64,000 nt of DNA from Spirochaetales bacterium (GCA_037142615.1 JBAXAI010000009.1:58460-122459), one strand, 5' to 3'. Shown: positions 18,535 through 28,986, numbered from the stretch's first letter. Translations and numbers: made by a program. The notes: generated by a model not told the origin, from the letters alone.

Positions 18535-19503
18535 CCGACCCTTCTTCTGGATGACGTAGTAGAGGTACAGCTCGAGCAACATGCCGTGGTGTTCGCCCTT
18601 GAACTGCCGTAGCCTTTGGTCAAACTCCGAGGTCAGCACGAGGATGTTCTGGAGGTCACTCAGGTTGTAGTGGCGCGCACCGTTGCGCAACCCTGCCTGA
18701 GCCTTCTTTCCAAACACCTTGAGCTGGGCGAAGGCCTCTTCGGCGGGATTGCGCTCCATCAGTTTGACTTGAAACGCGAGCAGGTTCTTGAACTGCCATG
18801 TCAGCCCGCCAAGCAGGCCGATCCCTTCGGTCTCTTTCGAGGCGATCATTTTCTTGAGCACTTCGAGCGCCTTGGGAAACTGCGCCTCGGTGATCTTTTC
18901 AAACAGCGTGAAGACGTTTTCCTCGCGTGAATGGACCAGGTAGTGCTCGAGGTCGTCGAGGCTGATGGTGGCGCCGCGCTCGAAAAACGCCAGCAGCTTC
19001 TGGGCCTCCATGCGCAACTGGTCGGTACTGTTGTCGATCATTTCGAGAAAGAACTCGGCCGCGTCGGTGGTCAAGCCCAAACCGATGTCCTTGAAATGGT
19101 GGATGAGCCAGCCTTTCTTCTCGTTTTCGAACATCTCCCAAAACACGTGCACCTGGTCTTTGGCCAGCACCCGGGTCAGAGTTTCGAGCTTGGTTTCGTC
19201 GCTGACCAGCACGAGGGTAGATTCCTCGGCCGGGTGCTTGAGGTAGCCCTTGATCAAGTCGAGGTCGGCTTTTTTGTAGTCCTCGACGCTGTTGACGACC
19301 ACGAGCTTGTGCGCGCAAAACAGGTCGCCGTTCTGCAACAGTGACAAAATGTCGGTGAATGGCGCCTCAAACGCGTAGAACTTGTGCTGTTCGGGGGCCT
19401 CTTTGAACTGCTTGGTGAGCTTGTCGCGCAGGGCGTTCAGGTGTTCCTGACGACGACCGTGCTCGGGCCCCATCAGCAGGCATACCCGGTCCGAAGCGGC
19501 CAT
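18511..19503 (-). CDS. holA: DNA polymerase III subunit delta
   Basis: LLMGPE N-terminus, HSREENVFTLF, ~330 aa, position after lexA. Confidence 0.82.
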   Translation of the reverse strand: MAASDRVCLLMGPEHGRRQEHLNALRDKLTKQFKEAPEQHKFYAFEAPFTDILSLLQNGDLFCAHKLVVVNSVEDYKKADLDLIKGYLKHPAEESTLVLVSDETKLETLTRVLAKDQVHVFWEMFENEKKGWLIHHFKDIGLGLTTDAAEFFLEMIDNSTDQLRMEAQKLLAFFERGATISLDDLEHYLVHSREENVFTLFEKITEAQFPKALEVLKKMIASKETEGIGLLGGLTWQFKNLLAFQVKLMERNPAEEAFAQLKVFGKKAQAGLRNGARHYNLSDLQNILVLTSEFDQRLRQFKGEHHGMLLELYLYYVIQKKGRLPEVAEL

Positions 19504-20105
19504 CAGTACTTCCGGATGACGGTGACGAGCTTGCCGAGAATTCGCACACTCTGCGTGTAGATGGGGTTGTAAGCGGGGTTTTCGGCCTGAAGCTTGACCC
19601 GGGTGCGCTCCTGGAAGAAGCGTTTGAGCGTCACGGCGTCGTCGCCGGTCATCGCCACGACGATTTCACCGTTTTCGGCGGTCGGCTGGCTCTTGATGAC
19701 GGCCAAATCGCCGTCGAGGATGCCTGCGCCGGTCATGCTGTCGCCCCGAACCCTGAGCGCGAAGTGGTTGCCACGGTCAAGAAAGTCTTGCGTCACCAGC
19801 AGGTTCCCCTCGAGGTTTTCTTCGGCCATGATAGGGATGCCCGCCGCGACGCGTCCCAAAATCGGTATCGAGATGACCGGGCTTTCGTCGTCGCCGTCTT
19901 GGATCACTTCGATCGACCGTGACCGGTTGCTGTTGCTGCGGATGAGGCCCTTCTTGCTCAGTGCCTTGACGTGGTTGTAGGCGCCCATCACCGAAAGGTC
20001 AAAGTGGTCGGCGATCTCGCGGATGGTGGGAGGGTACTTGTTAAGCAGCAGAAACTCTTTGACGAAGTCGAGAACTTCTTCCTGCCGACGGGTCGCAGCC
20101 TTCAT
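19503..20105 (-). CDS. lexA: SOS repressor LexA
   Basis: YPPTIREIA, GRVAAGIP cleavage site, VRGDSM (Ser), TLKRF (Lys). Confidence 0.96.
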   Translation of the reverse strand: MKAATRRQEEVLDFVKEFLLLNKYPPTIREIADHFDLSVMGAYNHVKALSKKGLIRSNSNRSRSIEVIQDGDDESPVISIPILGRVAAGIPIMAEENLEGNLLVTQDFLDRGNHFALRVRGDSMTGAGILDGDLAVIKSQPTAENGEIVVAMTGDDAVTLKRFFQERTRVKLQAENPAYNPIYTQSVRILGKLVTVIRKY

Positions 20106-21478
20106 TTTTCCACCTCGATGGCGAACTTCTTGAGTTTGGTATGCAGGTTGCTGGCGTACAGCCCCAAAGCCTGCGCGGTCTTGGCGATATTATACTGGTT
20201 TTTGCGGAGTTTTTCTTCGATGAAGGCCTTCTCGAACGCGTCTTTGGCGTCGTTGAGCCCCAGATGCTCCCAAGGGTCGAGTTCGCTGGCCACGGGCTCG
20301 CCGCTCTGCGTGGTGTGTCCCAGAAAAAGCTGCGCCGCTTCGGGGCCGATCACGTCGTCATCGACCATCAAGGAAACGCGTTCGAGGTAGTTGCGCAGTT
20401 CGCGGATGTTGCCCGGCCAGGGGTAGGCCTTGAGCACGGCCAGGCCCTCAGCCGAAAACACGGGAAGCGAGCCCTCGGTCCCTTGCACCCGGTGAAAGCG
20501 CCGAAAGAAGTAGGCGATCAACTCGGGCAAGTCGTCGGTGCGCTCACGAAGCGCGGGGACAGAAATCGGCACCACGTTGAGGCGGTAGAACAGGTCTTCG
20601 CGGAACCGGCCTGTGGCCACCTCGGCGCGAATATCCTTGTTGGTGGCGCAAATAATCCGCACATCGACCTGCAGCGTCTGTTCGCCACCCACCCGTTCGA
20701 ACCGCATTTCCTGAACGGCCCGCAAGAGTTTGGCTTGAGCAGGGAGTGACAGGTCGGCCACCTCATCCAAGAAGAGCGTTCCACCATCGGCCAGCTCAAA
20801 CTTGCCCTTGCGGCGGCTCACAGCGCTCGTGAAGGCGCCCTTTTCGTGACCGAACAGCTCACTCTCAAACAGGGCGTCGGGAATGGCGGCGCAATTGACT
20901 TCAATAAAGGGTTTGCGGACGCGCGGGCTGCGTCGGTGGATCTCGCGGGCCACGAGCTCTTTTCCGGTACCGTTTTCACCCAGGATCATGACCCGGGTGT
21001 TGGCACCGGCGCTTTGGCCAATCAGGTCGTGCACCTTCTTCATTGAGCTGCCGGACCCGATCATCTGATCCTCGCTGGCCAACACGGTCTTCAGTTCGCG
21101 GTTTTCGCGCTTCAACTCGACCATCTTCAACGCGTTTTGCGTCACGGCCAGCGTCTTGTCCATCGACAGGGGCTTTTCCAGAAAATCCCAGGCCCCGTTC
21201 TTCACGGCCCGCACCGCCATGTCGATGTTGGCGTGCCCCGAAATCATCAGCACGGGCAACTCAGGATAGGTTTCGCGTATGGCCTTGAGCACGTCGAGGC
21301 CGCCCATCCCAGGCATCCAGACGTCGAGGAAGACGAGGTCGATGAGTTCGACCGAAAGCAGACGAAGGCCTTCGGGACCATCGGCTGCCTTGAACACCTG
21401 GTAATGTTCGTCGGTCAGAATGTCGCTCAGGACGTTGCGGATGCCGTCTTCGTCATCGATGATCAGAATCTGGTTCAC
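20102..21478 (-). CDS. NtrX-like sigma-54-interacting response regulator
   Basis: REC DVWMP, GENGTGKE, GAFTSA, WPGNIRELRN, Fis HTH. Confidence 0.9.
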   Translation of the reverse strand: MNQILIIDDEDGIRNVLSDILTDEHYQVFKAADGPEGLRLLSVELIDLVFLDVWMPGMGGLDVLKAIRETYPELPVLMISGHANIDMAVRAVKNGAWDFLEKPLSMDKTLAVTQNALKMVELKRENRELKTVLASEDQMIGSGSSMKKVHDLIGQSAGANTRVMILGENGTGKELVAREIHRRSPRVRKPFIEVNCAAIPDALFESELFGHEKGAFTSAVSRRKGKFELADGGTLFLDEVADLSLPAQAKLLRAVQEMRFERVGGEQTLQVDVRIICATNKDIRAEVATGRFREDLFYRLNVVPISVPALRERTDDLPELIAYFFRRFHRVQGTEGSLPVFSAEGLAVLKAYPWPGNIRELRNYLERVSLMVDDDVIGPEAAQLFLGHTTQSGEPVASELDPWEHLGLNDAKDAFEKAFIEEKLRKNQYNIAKTAQALGLYASNLHTKLKKFAIEVEK

Positions 21479-23250
21479 GTCGCGCTCTCCAAAGGGAGGT
21501 CCAAAAAGAACGTCGTGCCGAACCCCGGTTCGGACTCAAACCAGACTCGTCCCTGGTGGTCGAAAAGAATCCGTTCGACAATGGCCAGGCCGAGCCCGGT
21601 GCCGTCGGCTTTCGACGTCACGTAGGGGTGAAACACGCGGTCACGCAGGTCGGCCGGGATGCCCGGCCCGTTGTCGTGTAACTGTACCCTACAATAGGAA
21701 ATGTTGCCCTTCTTGACAAGGTTCGACACGGCAGTGATTTGCCCCTTGCCCCCCATGGCGTCGACGGCGTTCTTCACCAGGTTGGCGAACACCTGTTCCA
21801 GCTGCCTTTCGTCGGCCTGGACAGTCACGTCGGCTAGCACCCCGGCGGCACTGACCGTCAGTTCAGCCTGCGAGGCCGCGTAGGTTCCCAGCACCCGTTC
21901 GATCAGAGGCTTCAGGTCGACCCGGCTCTTCTGGGGGGCCGGTAGGCGGGCGAAACCGGCGAACTCCTTGAGAAGCGTGTCGAGGCGCACCACCTCGGTC
22001 ACAATGGCTTCGACGGCTGGCTCCACGATTTCGACCAAGCGCGAAGGGTCCGATTGGGCGCGGCGGAGGATGCGCTCGGCCGACAGGCGGATGGGGGTCA
22101 AGGGATTGCGAAGCTCGTGGGCCAACTGCCTCGCGATCTCTTGCCAAGCCGTGACCTTTTCAGTTTGTTGCAGTTTTGTGCGGCTCACGGCCAACTCGGC
22201 TGTCATGGCGTTGAAGCTTTCGGCCAAAAAAGCCAGCTCGTCCCGCTCGGGGGTTAGAATCTTGGTGGTGTAGTCACCCGACGCAATACGGCGGGTCGCC
22301 GACTCAAGGTTGATCAGCGGACGGATCAACTCGTCGCTCTGGGTGAACGAGATGAGCAGGGCAATCAGTAGGATGGGCAAGGCAAACAGCAAGAAAAACA
22401 AGGATAGGAGATTCCGGAAGGTGTCATTGCTGGTCTGCAGTTTTTTGAACGTCTCGACGGCTTCGGTCAGGCTCTGAGTGGCCTCCTCGAAACCTTTTGG
22501 CAGAATCTGAGACACCACGACCGAGTACGGAATGCCTCCAGCGACCACGTGGCGGAGCTGACGGAGGAGGGTCACCGAACCCGAGGTCTCCTTGGGAAGT
22601 GGGCCATCAACCATCGGGAGGCCGGCTGACCTGGTGAGGCGCGCGCTCTTTTCCCCGATCGACAGAAGCTCGCTCCCTGTCGGGTCAAACACCTGAAGGG
22701 CATCGGGCTTGAGGTTCGACGCCTCGAGCGCGTTGGCAAGCAGGGCCACATCCCGTCCTGGAAGCGCCCGGCGGACCATGTCGGGGATGAGCGGCGACTG
22801 AGAAATGTTGGTCAGTTCTTCGATGCGGTCGTGGTGATACTCCAGGGCCGTGTCGAGCCCGCCTTGAAGCGCCTCGCCCCAGCGTTGGTTCACCCAAGTC
22901 TTCATGGCCGTATCGATGAAACTGATCGACAGGATGGTTTGGGGCACCGAAGCCAGCACCGCTGTGAGGGCAAAGAACAGGCTGATGCGCATTTTGAGCT
23001 GAGTGCCGGGCTTGCCCTGTTTGCGGTCGCGAAGAAGGGTCCAGATCTGGTAGCCGACGGCGCCAAGCAACGTGAGCGGCAACACCAGCACCACGGGAAT
23101 GAGGACGGCGTCAAACTGACGTTTGGTGTCGGCGACATCGGCAAGAATCTGGCTCGACAGAAAAAGGGTGAAGGCGACCAGCAGGACCAACAGGCCCAGC
23201 AGGCTTAGGAACGGGGCAAAGCGTTTGGAGGTAGAGAGGTCACTCTTCAA
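21475..23250 (-). CDS. NtrY-like HAMP sensor histidine kinase (start approximate)
   Basis: AWQEIARQLAHELRNPLTPI, HAMP DELAFLAESFN, GTGLGL; TTG start overlapping ptsH is inferred. Confidence 0.87.
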   Translation of the reverse strand: MKSDLSTSKRFAPFLSLLGLLVLLVAFTLFLSSQILADVADTKRQFDAVLIPVVLVLPLTLLGAVGYQIWTLLRDRKQGKPGTQLKMRISLFFALTAVLASVPQTILSISFIDTAMKTWVNQRWGEALQGGLDTALEYHHDRIEELTNISQSPLIPDMVRRALPGRDVALLANALEASNLKPDALQVFDPTGSELLSIGEKSARLTRSAGLPMVDGPLPKETSGSVTLLRQLRHVVAGGIPYSVVVSQILPKGFEEATQSLTEAVETFKKLQTSNDTFRNLLSLFFLLFALPILLIALLISFTQSDELIRPLINLESATRRIASGDYTTKILTPERDELAFLAESFNAMTAELAVSRTKLQQTEKVTAWQEIARQLAHELRNPLTPIRLSAERILRRAQSDPSRLVEIVEPAVEAIVTEVVRLDTLLKEFAGFARLPAPQKSRVDLKPLIERVLGTYAASQAELTVSAAGVLADVTVQADERQLEQVFANLVKNAVDAMGGKGQITAVSNLVKKGNISYCRVQLHDNGPGIPADLRDRVFHPYVTSKADGTGLGLAIVERILFDHQGRVWFESEPGFGTTFFLDLPLESAT

Positions 23251-23503
23251 AACGGTTGTCGATGAGCTTGACCAACGCATCCACGGCCGCAGCCTCATCG
23301 GAGCCGCTGGCAGTAATCTTGACAACCGTATTGCATAGGACGCCCAGAGTGATCAGACCCATGATCGATTTGGCATTGATCTTCTCATTTTCTTTCTCGA
23401 TGAAGATTTGCGAACTGAACTTGTTCGCGAGAGTGACGATCATCCCTGCCGGTCTGGCATGGATACCCGCCCTGTTCTTCACCGTCACGTCCTTCTCAAC
23501 CAT
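23240..23503 (-). CDS. ptsH: Phosphocarrier protein HPr
   Basis: GIHARPA (His15), NAKSIMG (Ser46). Confidence 0.95.
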   Translation of the reverse strand: MVEKDVTVKNRAGIHARPAGMIVTLANKFSSQIFIEKENEKINAKSIMGLITLGVLCNTVVKITASGSDEAAAVDALVKLIDNRFEE

Positions 23504-23513
23504 GAGCCGACCT

Positions 23514-24509
23514 TTATAAGACGGGAGTGTCCTTGTTTTTCCTCAAATATACGTTGCGCGCGTTCTCGCTTTCAAGCCATGATATCACGTTTTGGTTGAA
23601 TTCTTGGGCTGAATGAAAACCCATCTGCTTGAGGCGATGGTTCATCACGGCGGTTTCGATCAAGATGGCGATGTTGCGCCCTGGTTTGACGGGAATCTTC
23701 ATGGAGGGCATGCGAACACCGAGGATCTCGGTACCTTGGTCCTTGGTACCCAAGCGCTCGTACTCCTTGTTGGGGTCCCACAGTTCCAGTTCGATCACCA
23801 TCTCGATTTCTTTCTGGAATTGTATGGCAGAAACGCCAAACAACTGGGCCACGTTGATGATGCCGATGCCGCGAACCTCAAGGTGGTGACCCAACGTGGG
23901 ATTCACGGGCTTGCCGAGCAAGGTATTGCCGCTCACACAGCGGATGTCGACCGCGTCGTCGCACACCAGGCGGTGGCCCCGCTCAATCAGTTCCAGCGCC
24001 GCCTCGCTCTTGCCGACCCCGCTGTCGCCCAGCAGGAGCACACCCATGCCCGACACTTCGACAAACACTCCATGCACGGTTCTCTGCGGCGCGAAAATGT
24101 CGGCCAGGGTGCGGATCAGGCGCACCGAAAAGTCAGACGAACTGAGCGTGGTCGACAGGACGGGCACGTGGTGCACTTCGGCGAGCTCGATGAACCGCTC
24201 CGGCGGCAGGTGATTGGCGGTGAAGATCATGCAGGGCGGTTCGAGGCGGAAAACCTGCTCCACGCTGGCCCAGTTGTTCTCGTGCTCGAGCTTGCGGATG
24301 TAGGCACTCTCGCCGTTGCCGAACAACTGAAGCCGCATGGCGTTGAAGTCGTCGAAGAAGCCGCTCAGCGCCAAGCCCGGCCGGTTGATGTCGGGCTGGG
24401 TGATCGGCTTCGACAAGCCTTTCCGCCCGGCTTTGCAAACCAGATGCAGGGCATTGTGAGCCCGTAGGTCGAGGTCGAGCAAGTCCAGGACGGTGAAGGC
24501 TTTGGTCAC
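23514..24509 (-). CDS. hprK: HPr(Ser) kinase/phosphorylase
   Basis: INRPGLALSG, GDSGVGKSE, GHRLVCDD, LEVRGIGII, PVKPGRN. Confidence 0.96.
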   Translation of the reverse strand: MTKAFTVLDLLDLDLRAHNALHLVCKAGRKGLSKPITQPDINRPGLALSGFFDDFNAMRLQLFGNGESAYIRKLEHENNWASVEQVFRLEPPCMIFTANHLPPERFIELAEVHHVPVLSTTLSSSDFSVRLIRTLADIFAPQRTVHGVFVEVSGMGVLLLGDSGVGKSEAALELIERGHRLVCDDAVDIRCVSGNTLLGKPVNPTLGHHLEVRGIGIINVAQLFGVSAIQFQKEIEMVIELELWDPNKEYERLGTKDQGTEILGVRMPSMKIPVKPGRNIAILIETAVMNHRLKQMGFHSAQEFNQNVISWLESENARNVYLRKNKDTPVL

Positions 24510-24511
24510 GG

Positions 24512-24841
24512 CTATTCGACCTCTTCTTCTTTGACGGTGTGGCCGTGCGGGTGGTGCTCCTTAAGCTTGTCCTTTTCCTTCGAGACCTTGGCGTCGAGCT
24601 TGTGCATGAGGTTTTCAATGGCCGGGTAAAGTTCCAAATGGGATTCGGTAAGGTGCACGTTGGAGCCAAAACGGAAGTGCACGTTGGACTCGACCTGAAA
24701 GCTCGCCTTTTCCTTGGTGACGGTCACTTCCACGGTAACGATCAAGTCTTTGAACGGGTCAATGTGGCTCAGTTTCTCGCTGATAAACTCCCGGGTCCGG
24801 TCGCTGATGTCGTAGTGGACACCCTTGATGGTGATGTTCAT
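24512..24841 (-). CDS. hpf: Ribosome hibernation factor (RaiA/HPF)
   Basis: MNITIKGVHYDISD..., LYPAIE...KL; located between rpoN and hprK. Confidence 0.88.
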   Translation of the reverse strand: MNITIKGVHYDISDRTREFISEKLSHIDPFKDLIVTVEVTVTKEKASFQVESNVHFRFGSNVHLTESHLELYPAIENLMHKLDAKVSKEKDKLKEHHPHGHTVKEEEVE

Positions 24842-24855
24842 GTTCGTGCTCCTTC

Positions 24856-26205
24856 TTACGCGTACTCTTTCGAAAGTTCCAGGCGGTACTTGGTAACGGT
24901 GCGCCGGGCAATTTCGATGCCTCTTTGACTCAAGAGGTCCGAGATCTTCTGGTCTGACAGCTTCTTGGTCCCGGCCCCCGCCCGGGTGCCCGCTTCGTGG
25001 GCAGAGAGGATTTCGCGGATGATTTCCTTGACGCCTTCCTTTGAGAACTCGCTGGAAGAAATGGCGTTGCTGAAGAAGTGCTTGAGTTCGTACAGGCCCC
25101 ATTCGGTTTGCACATACTTGCCGGTGGTGATGCGCGACACCGTCGATTCGTTCTTTTCGATCTGTTCGGCCACGTCGCGCAACGTCAGGGGCTTGAGGTA
25201 CTTGGGTCCTCGGCGAAAGAACTCCACCTGAAACTCCATGATCGACCGGCAGACCTGAAAAAGGGTGCTGCGCCGATAACGGATGTTCTGGATGAAGCGC
25301 TCGGCCTCGCTCACCTTTTGCTTCACGAAGGAGCGGGCGTCTTTGTCGACCAGGCCTCCGCCCAACCCACTCTGGAAGCCATCGTCGATCCTCAGCACGG
25401 GGATTTCTTCTTCGTTGAACACCAACTGCAGTTGCCCGTTCTTGAAGCCGATGGCGGCGTCGGGGACCACGTAGCCGGGGGGTTGAAGCGAGTAGGCGCG
25501 GCCAGGAAAAGGCGTCAGGCTCGACAGATCTTCGAGCAAGGCCTGGATTTCGTCTTCGCTCACCTTGAGGCGGCTGGCGAGTTCTTTGTACTTCTTTTTT
25601 TCGAGAAGCTCCCAGCCGTCGGTGACCAAGTGGGTGGCTTCCTCGTCAAAATGCTGCAGGCGCATCTGGACCAGCAGTGACTCCCGCCAGTCCGAAACGG
25701 CACACCCTTGGGGCTCCAAACGGCGGATGGTCTCGAGCAACTCCTCGATCAGCTCGGCCTCAACGCAGGCAACACCGTCGGTCAGGGGAAAAAGCATCGA
25801 GGGTGGCTCGAGGTGAAACCCGTCGGCGTCCAAGTTGTTGATAAGCAGCTCGCCAATTTCGAGCGAGGCCGGTGGGAGCGGTTGCAGGCGAAGTTGCCAC
25901 AGCAAGTGCTCGTGCAGGCTTTCGCCGCGGCTGATGACGCCCTCCAGAAAGCGCCGCTGGGTGTCTTCGTCATCGAAGGACGAGCCGGAAGACCGGATGC
26001 GATGGCCCGACATGGCGTCGAGCTCATCGTAGCTGACGAGTGTCTTGTCGCCCACGGCCTCGAGCGCCGGGTTCTTTTCGAGCTCTTCTTCGATGCGCTG
26101 TTTGAGTTCGTTCAGAGTCAGAGGCAACAGGTTGATGGACTGGATGAGCTGGAGGGACATCTTCTGTCGTTGCTCCTGCCGCATAACCGGTCGTTGAAAC
26201 TGCAC
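24856..26205 (-). CDS. rpoN: RNA polymerase sigma-54 factor
   Basis: Q-rich region I, LKPLTLRDVA, ESTVSR, RpoN box ARRTVTKYR; GTG start at 26205 is inferred. Confidence 0.95.
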   Translation of the reverse strand: MQFQRPVMRQEQRQKMSLQLIQSINLLPLTLNELKQRIEEELEKNPALEAVGDKTLVSYDELDAMSGHRIRSSGSSFDDEDTQRRFLEGVISRGESLHEHLLWQLRLQPLPPASLEIGELLINNLDADGFHLEPPSMLFPLTDGVACVEAELIEELLETIRRLEPQGCAVSDWRESLLVQMRLQHFDEEATHLVTDGWELLEKKKYKELASRLKVSEDEIQALLEDLSSLTPFPGRAYSLQPPGYVVPDAAIGFKNGQLQLVFNEEEIPVLRIDDGFQSGLGGGLVDKDARSFVKQKVSEAERFIQNIRYRRSTLFQVCRSIMEFQVEFFRRGPKYLKPLTLRDVAEQIEKNESTVSRITTGKYVQTEWGLYELKHFFSNAISSSEFSKEGVKEIIREILSAHEAGTRAGAGTKKLSDQKISDLLSQRGIEIARRTVTKYRLELSKEYA

Positions 26206-26326
26206 GTTAGCCCCCCTCTGGCTTCCATGGTAGTGCAAGAAGGGGGCCAAATCAAACAGTTCCGGAAGAACCGAACCCGTTGACAGTGCCGAACCGTTTC
26301 CCGATGCTGGGTTCTAGGAGTATCCC

Positions 26327-27016
26327 ATGAAATCAGTTCTGCTCGTCGTTGTGCTATTGTGCCTATCGTTTGTCAGCCTCACCGCCCAGGCGGTTGGGGG
26401 TGGCCTGTCGGTCTTCGTTCCCGAGGAACTCTACACCTCAGGCCAAGGCACCGTGGCTTTCGAGCAGGGGCTGTCGACATCGATTGGCTTCGGGGACCTG
26501 CTGAGCATTCCGATCGGCGTGGCCTACCATGCCGCCGGCAGCTTCGTCCTCGATCCCGCCGAGCACCCGGATCACGTTGGCCCCGACCTCTATGGCGACG
26601 TGCTCATCCCTTCAGTTCAGGTCAAGATGCACGTTGGCTTGGGGTCGCTGGTCTACGTCGAAGCTCACGGTGGCGGAGCGGCCGCGTGGGCCTTTTCGCT
26701 GCGGCCCACCGCATCGTTCGCGCAGGCCCTCGTCACGGACAGGACTGCCCTCGCCGTGGCCACCGACGTTGTGATCAAGCAGGGGCTCGGCTTCGGCTGG
26801 GTTGCCGGTGGGGCCTTCGGGGTAAACTTCGGCGCCATCAGCGTCGATCTCGGGGCGACATACCGCTGGCTAAGGATTCCGCTGGACCTTTCGGCGAACG
26901 TCACCAGCGGCCAGGCGGGCAGTTTTTGGTCCGCCTCGACCCCGTTCACATCGACGACCCAAGCCGCCCTTTTGCGGGGCTTGTCGATCCAACTCGGCGG
27001 CAGCTACAAGCTGTAG
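26327..27016 (+). CDS. Hypothetical exported protein, possibly outer-membrane beta-barrel
   Basis: RBS AGGAG, signal peptide, alternating hydrophobic strands, C-terminal IQLGGSYKL. Confidence 0.65.
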   Translation: MKSVLLVVVLLCLSFVSLTAQAVGGGLSVFVPEELYTSGQGTVAFEQGLSTSIGFGDLLSIPIGVAYHAAGSFVLDPAEHPDHVGPDLYGDVLIPSVQVKMHVGLGSLVYVEAHGGGAAAWAFSLRPTASFAQALVTDRTALAVATDVVIKQGLGFGWVAGGAFGVNFGAISVDLGATYRWLRIPLDLSANVTSGQAGSFWSASTPFTSTTQAALLRGLSIQLGGSYKL

Positions 27017-27035
27017 GCTCGCCACCTAGCAGGGC

Positions 27036-27758
27036 CTACATGCTAAAGTGTTCTCCCAAATAGATTTGTCGGGCTCGCTCGTCGGCGAGGATCTCGTCGC
27101 GGGTGCCCTGAGTCAAAATCTCGCCCACGTTAATGATGCAGGCGCGGCTGGTGATGTCGAGGGTATCGCGCACGTTGTGGTCGGTGATGAGCACACCAAT
27201 GCCCTGGTCGGCCAGTTGCCGGATGATTTTTTTGATCTCGTACACGGCGATGGGGTCGATGCCGGCGAACGGCTCGTCGAGCAGCAGGAACTTCGGTTCA
27301 ATGGCCAGCGCCCGGGCGATCTCGGTGCGGCGCCGCTCGCCACCCGACAGCGTGTAGGCCTTCTGTTTGCGCAGGCGCTCGATGCCCAGTTCCACGAGCA
27401 GTTCCTCGAGTCGGGCCTTGCGGGCCTTGCCGTTCATGCCCCGACGCGTTTCGAGCACGGCCCGGATGTTGTCTTCGACACTCAGTTTGCGGAACACCGA
27501 AGCCTCTTGCGGCAGATAAGCGATGCCCGCGCGGGCCCGTTTGTACATGGGGTAGCGCGTGATGGCCTTTTCATTGAGCAGGATCTTTCCGGCCGTGGGG
27601 CGAAGGAAACCGGCGATCATGTAAAACACGGTGGTCTTGCCCGCGCCATTGGGGCCGAGCAATCCGACGATCTCGCCGGCATTCATCGAAAAACTCACCT
27701 GGCGGACGGCCATTTTTTTGCCAAAGCGCTTTTTGAGGCCCTGTACCGAAAGCGTCAC
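27036..27758 (-). CDS. lptB: LPS export ABC transporter ATP-binding protein
   Basis: GPNGAGKTT, YLPQEASVFRKL, LSGGERRR, DEPFAGIDP, ITDHNVRDTL. Confidence 0.95.
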   Translation of the reverse strand: MTLSVQGLKKRFGKKMAVRQVSFSMNAGEIVGLLGPNGAGKTTVFYMIAGFLRPTAGKILLNEKAITRYPMYKRARAGIAYLPQEASVFRKLSVEDNIRAVLETRRGMNGKARKARLEELLVELGIERLRKQKAYTLSGGERRRTEIARALAIEPKFLLLDEPFAGIDPIAVYEIKKIIRQLADQGIGVLITDHNVRDTLDITSRACIINVGEILTQGTRDEILADERARQIYLGEHFSM

Positions 27759-28423
27759 GGTTGAGCCTCCTGGGCTGCCGGGGTTTCTTTGGCAGGGGTG
27801 ATGCTGCCCGATACCCGGCCGTCGAGCAGGATCTCTTCGGTCTTGAGGTTGACGCGGATGGTGCCGGCCTTATACTCGTCTTTCTTCTTGTTCACCTGCG
27901 GCAACCCTGTTAGTTCCAAGCTGTCTTTCGTACGCGCGTACACGGCGTTTTCGCTGCGGCAAACGAGGTCCTTCTTGAAGATCTTGACGCCGATCTGCAT
28001 GTTGAACTTCTCCAGGGCCTCATCGTATTCGAAGTACCCCGAGCGGATGCTCAGTTCATTGGTCGGGTCCTGCATTTCGCAAACGCCGCGGAAACGGCTC
28101 AACTTGAGCACCCGGTCGTACTCCATGGTATCGGCCTTGATGGTGATGTTCTTTTTGCCATCGACGACCACAACCTGACCCTTGCAGGTGGCATACCGGA
28201 ACGACTTGCCCGAGAGTTCGATCGAGTCGGCCTGGATGGTCAGGTTGCCCGTGCTCACGGTGGCGTTGCCCGTCAGTTGGGTTTTTTCCTGGCCCGCGGT
28301 GAAGTGGCTGGTGAGCCGGTCACCCCGAAACGTGAACGGGTCTTCGGCGGCAAAAACCGGTGCGGCCAGCACCAGGCACAAGGCCGACACGAGCAAGCTT
28401 TGCCTGGGCAGACGACCCATCAC
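27755..28423 (-). CDS. lptA: LptA/OstA-like LPS transport periplasmic protein
   Basis: Signal peptide, beta-jellyroll-like repeats (LTGNA, LELTGLP), between lptC and lptB. Confidence 0.75.
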   Translation of the reverse strand: MMGRLPRQSLLVSALCLVLAAPVFAAEDPFTFRGDRLTSHFTAGQEKTQLTGNATVSTGNLTIQADSIELSGKSFRYATCKGQVVVVDGKKNITIKADTMEYDRVLKLSRFRGVCEMQDPTNELSIRSGYFEYDEALEKFNMQIGVKIFKKDLVCRSENAVYARTKDSLELTGLPQVNKKKDEYKAGTIRVNLKTEEILLDGRVSGSITPAKETPAAQEAQP

Positions 28424-28986
28424 GGGGCTTCCTCATTGGTCTGCCAGACGCCGGTAATGGCCTTGTCGAGAGCGAGGTCGTTGCTCTTGAGGTTGAGAAC
28501 CATACCCTGCGCGGTGATGCGCGAGCCGTCGTCTTTCTTCAACACAACGCTGCTCCCATCGAGGGTAGTCATCACCTTCTCCTGATTCTTCCACTCGACG
28601 CTCCCACCCGGGCCACCGATGATGGTGAGCGCGACACCCTGCTTGGTCGAAGAGGCCCGCAGGGTTCCGTCGAGGTGCGCGTTATTGGTGTCGGTATGAA
28701 TGATCGCCGCCTGCGAACTCCCCTGCGACACCACTTTGCCCTCGCCATCATACTCTTGGAAGGTGAAGTCCTTCAATCGTATCTCTTGGTGGGAACTATA
28801 GTTTTCAGCTCTTGCGCCCTGTACGGAGTACAATACGCGTCCATCCCGCACGGTGGACTGCTCGAAGTCCTGCATCACCAGAAGGGGAACGTCGTCGGGG
28901 TTGACGGTGGGCGTAGAGGTCAAGTCAAGCGTGCATCCCGAAACAGCGAGAACGAAAACAAGGCTGAACGGGAGGCCACTCTTCAT
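28420..28986 (-). CDS. lptC: LPS export protein LptC-like lipoprotein
   Basis: MKSGLPF...VSGC lipobox; synteny pyrG-lptC-lptA-lptB. Confidence 0.7.
   Translation of the reverse strand: MKSGLPFSLVFVLAVSGCTLDLTSTPTVNPDDVPLLVMQDFEQSTVRDGRVLYSVQGARAENYSSHQEIRLKDFTFQEYDGEGKVVSQGSSQAAIIHTDTNNAHLDGTLRASSTKQGVALTIIGGPGGSVEWKNQEKVMTTLDGSSVVLKKDDGSRITAQGMVLNLKSNDLALDKAITGVWQTNEEAP

Noticed and set aside
19503-20105. lexA embedded between ntrX-like and holA as a novelty
   Set aside because: Looks like ordinary lineage gene order; no SOS box could be supported.
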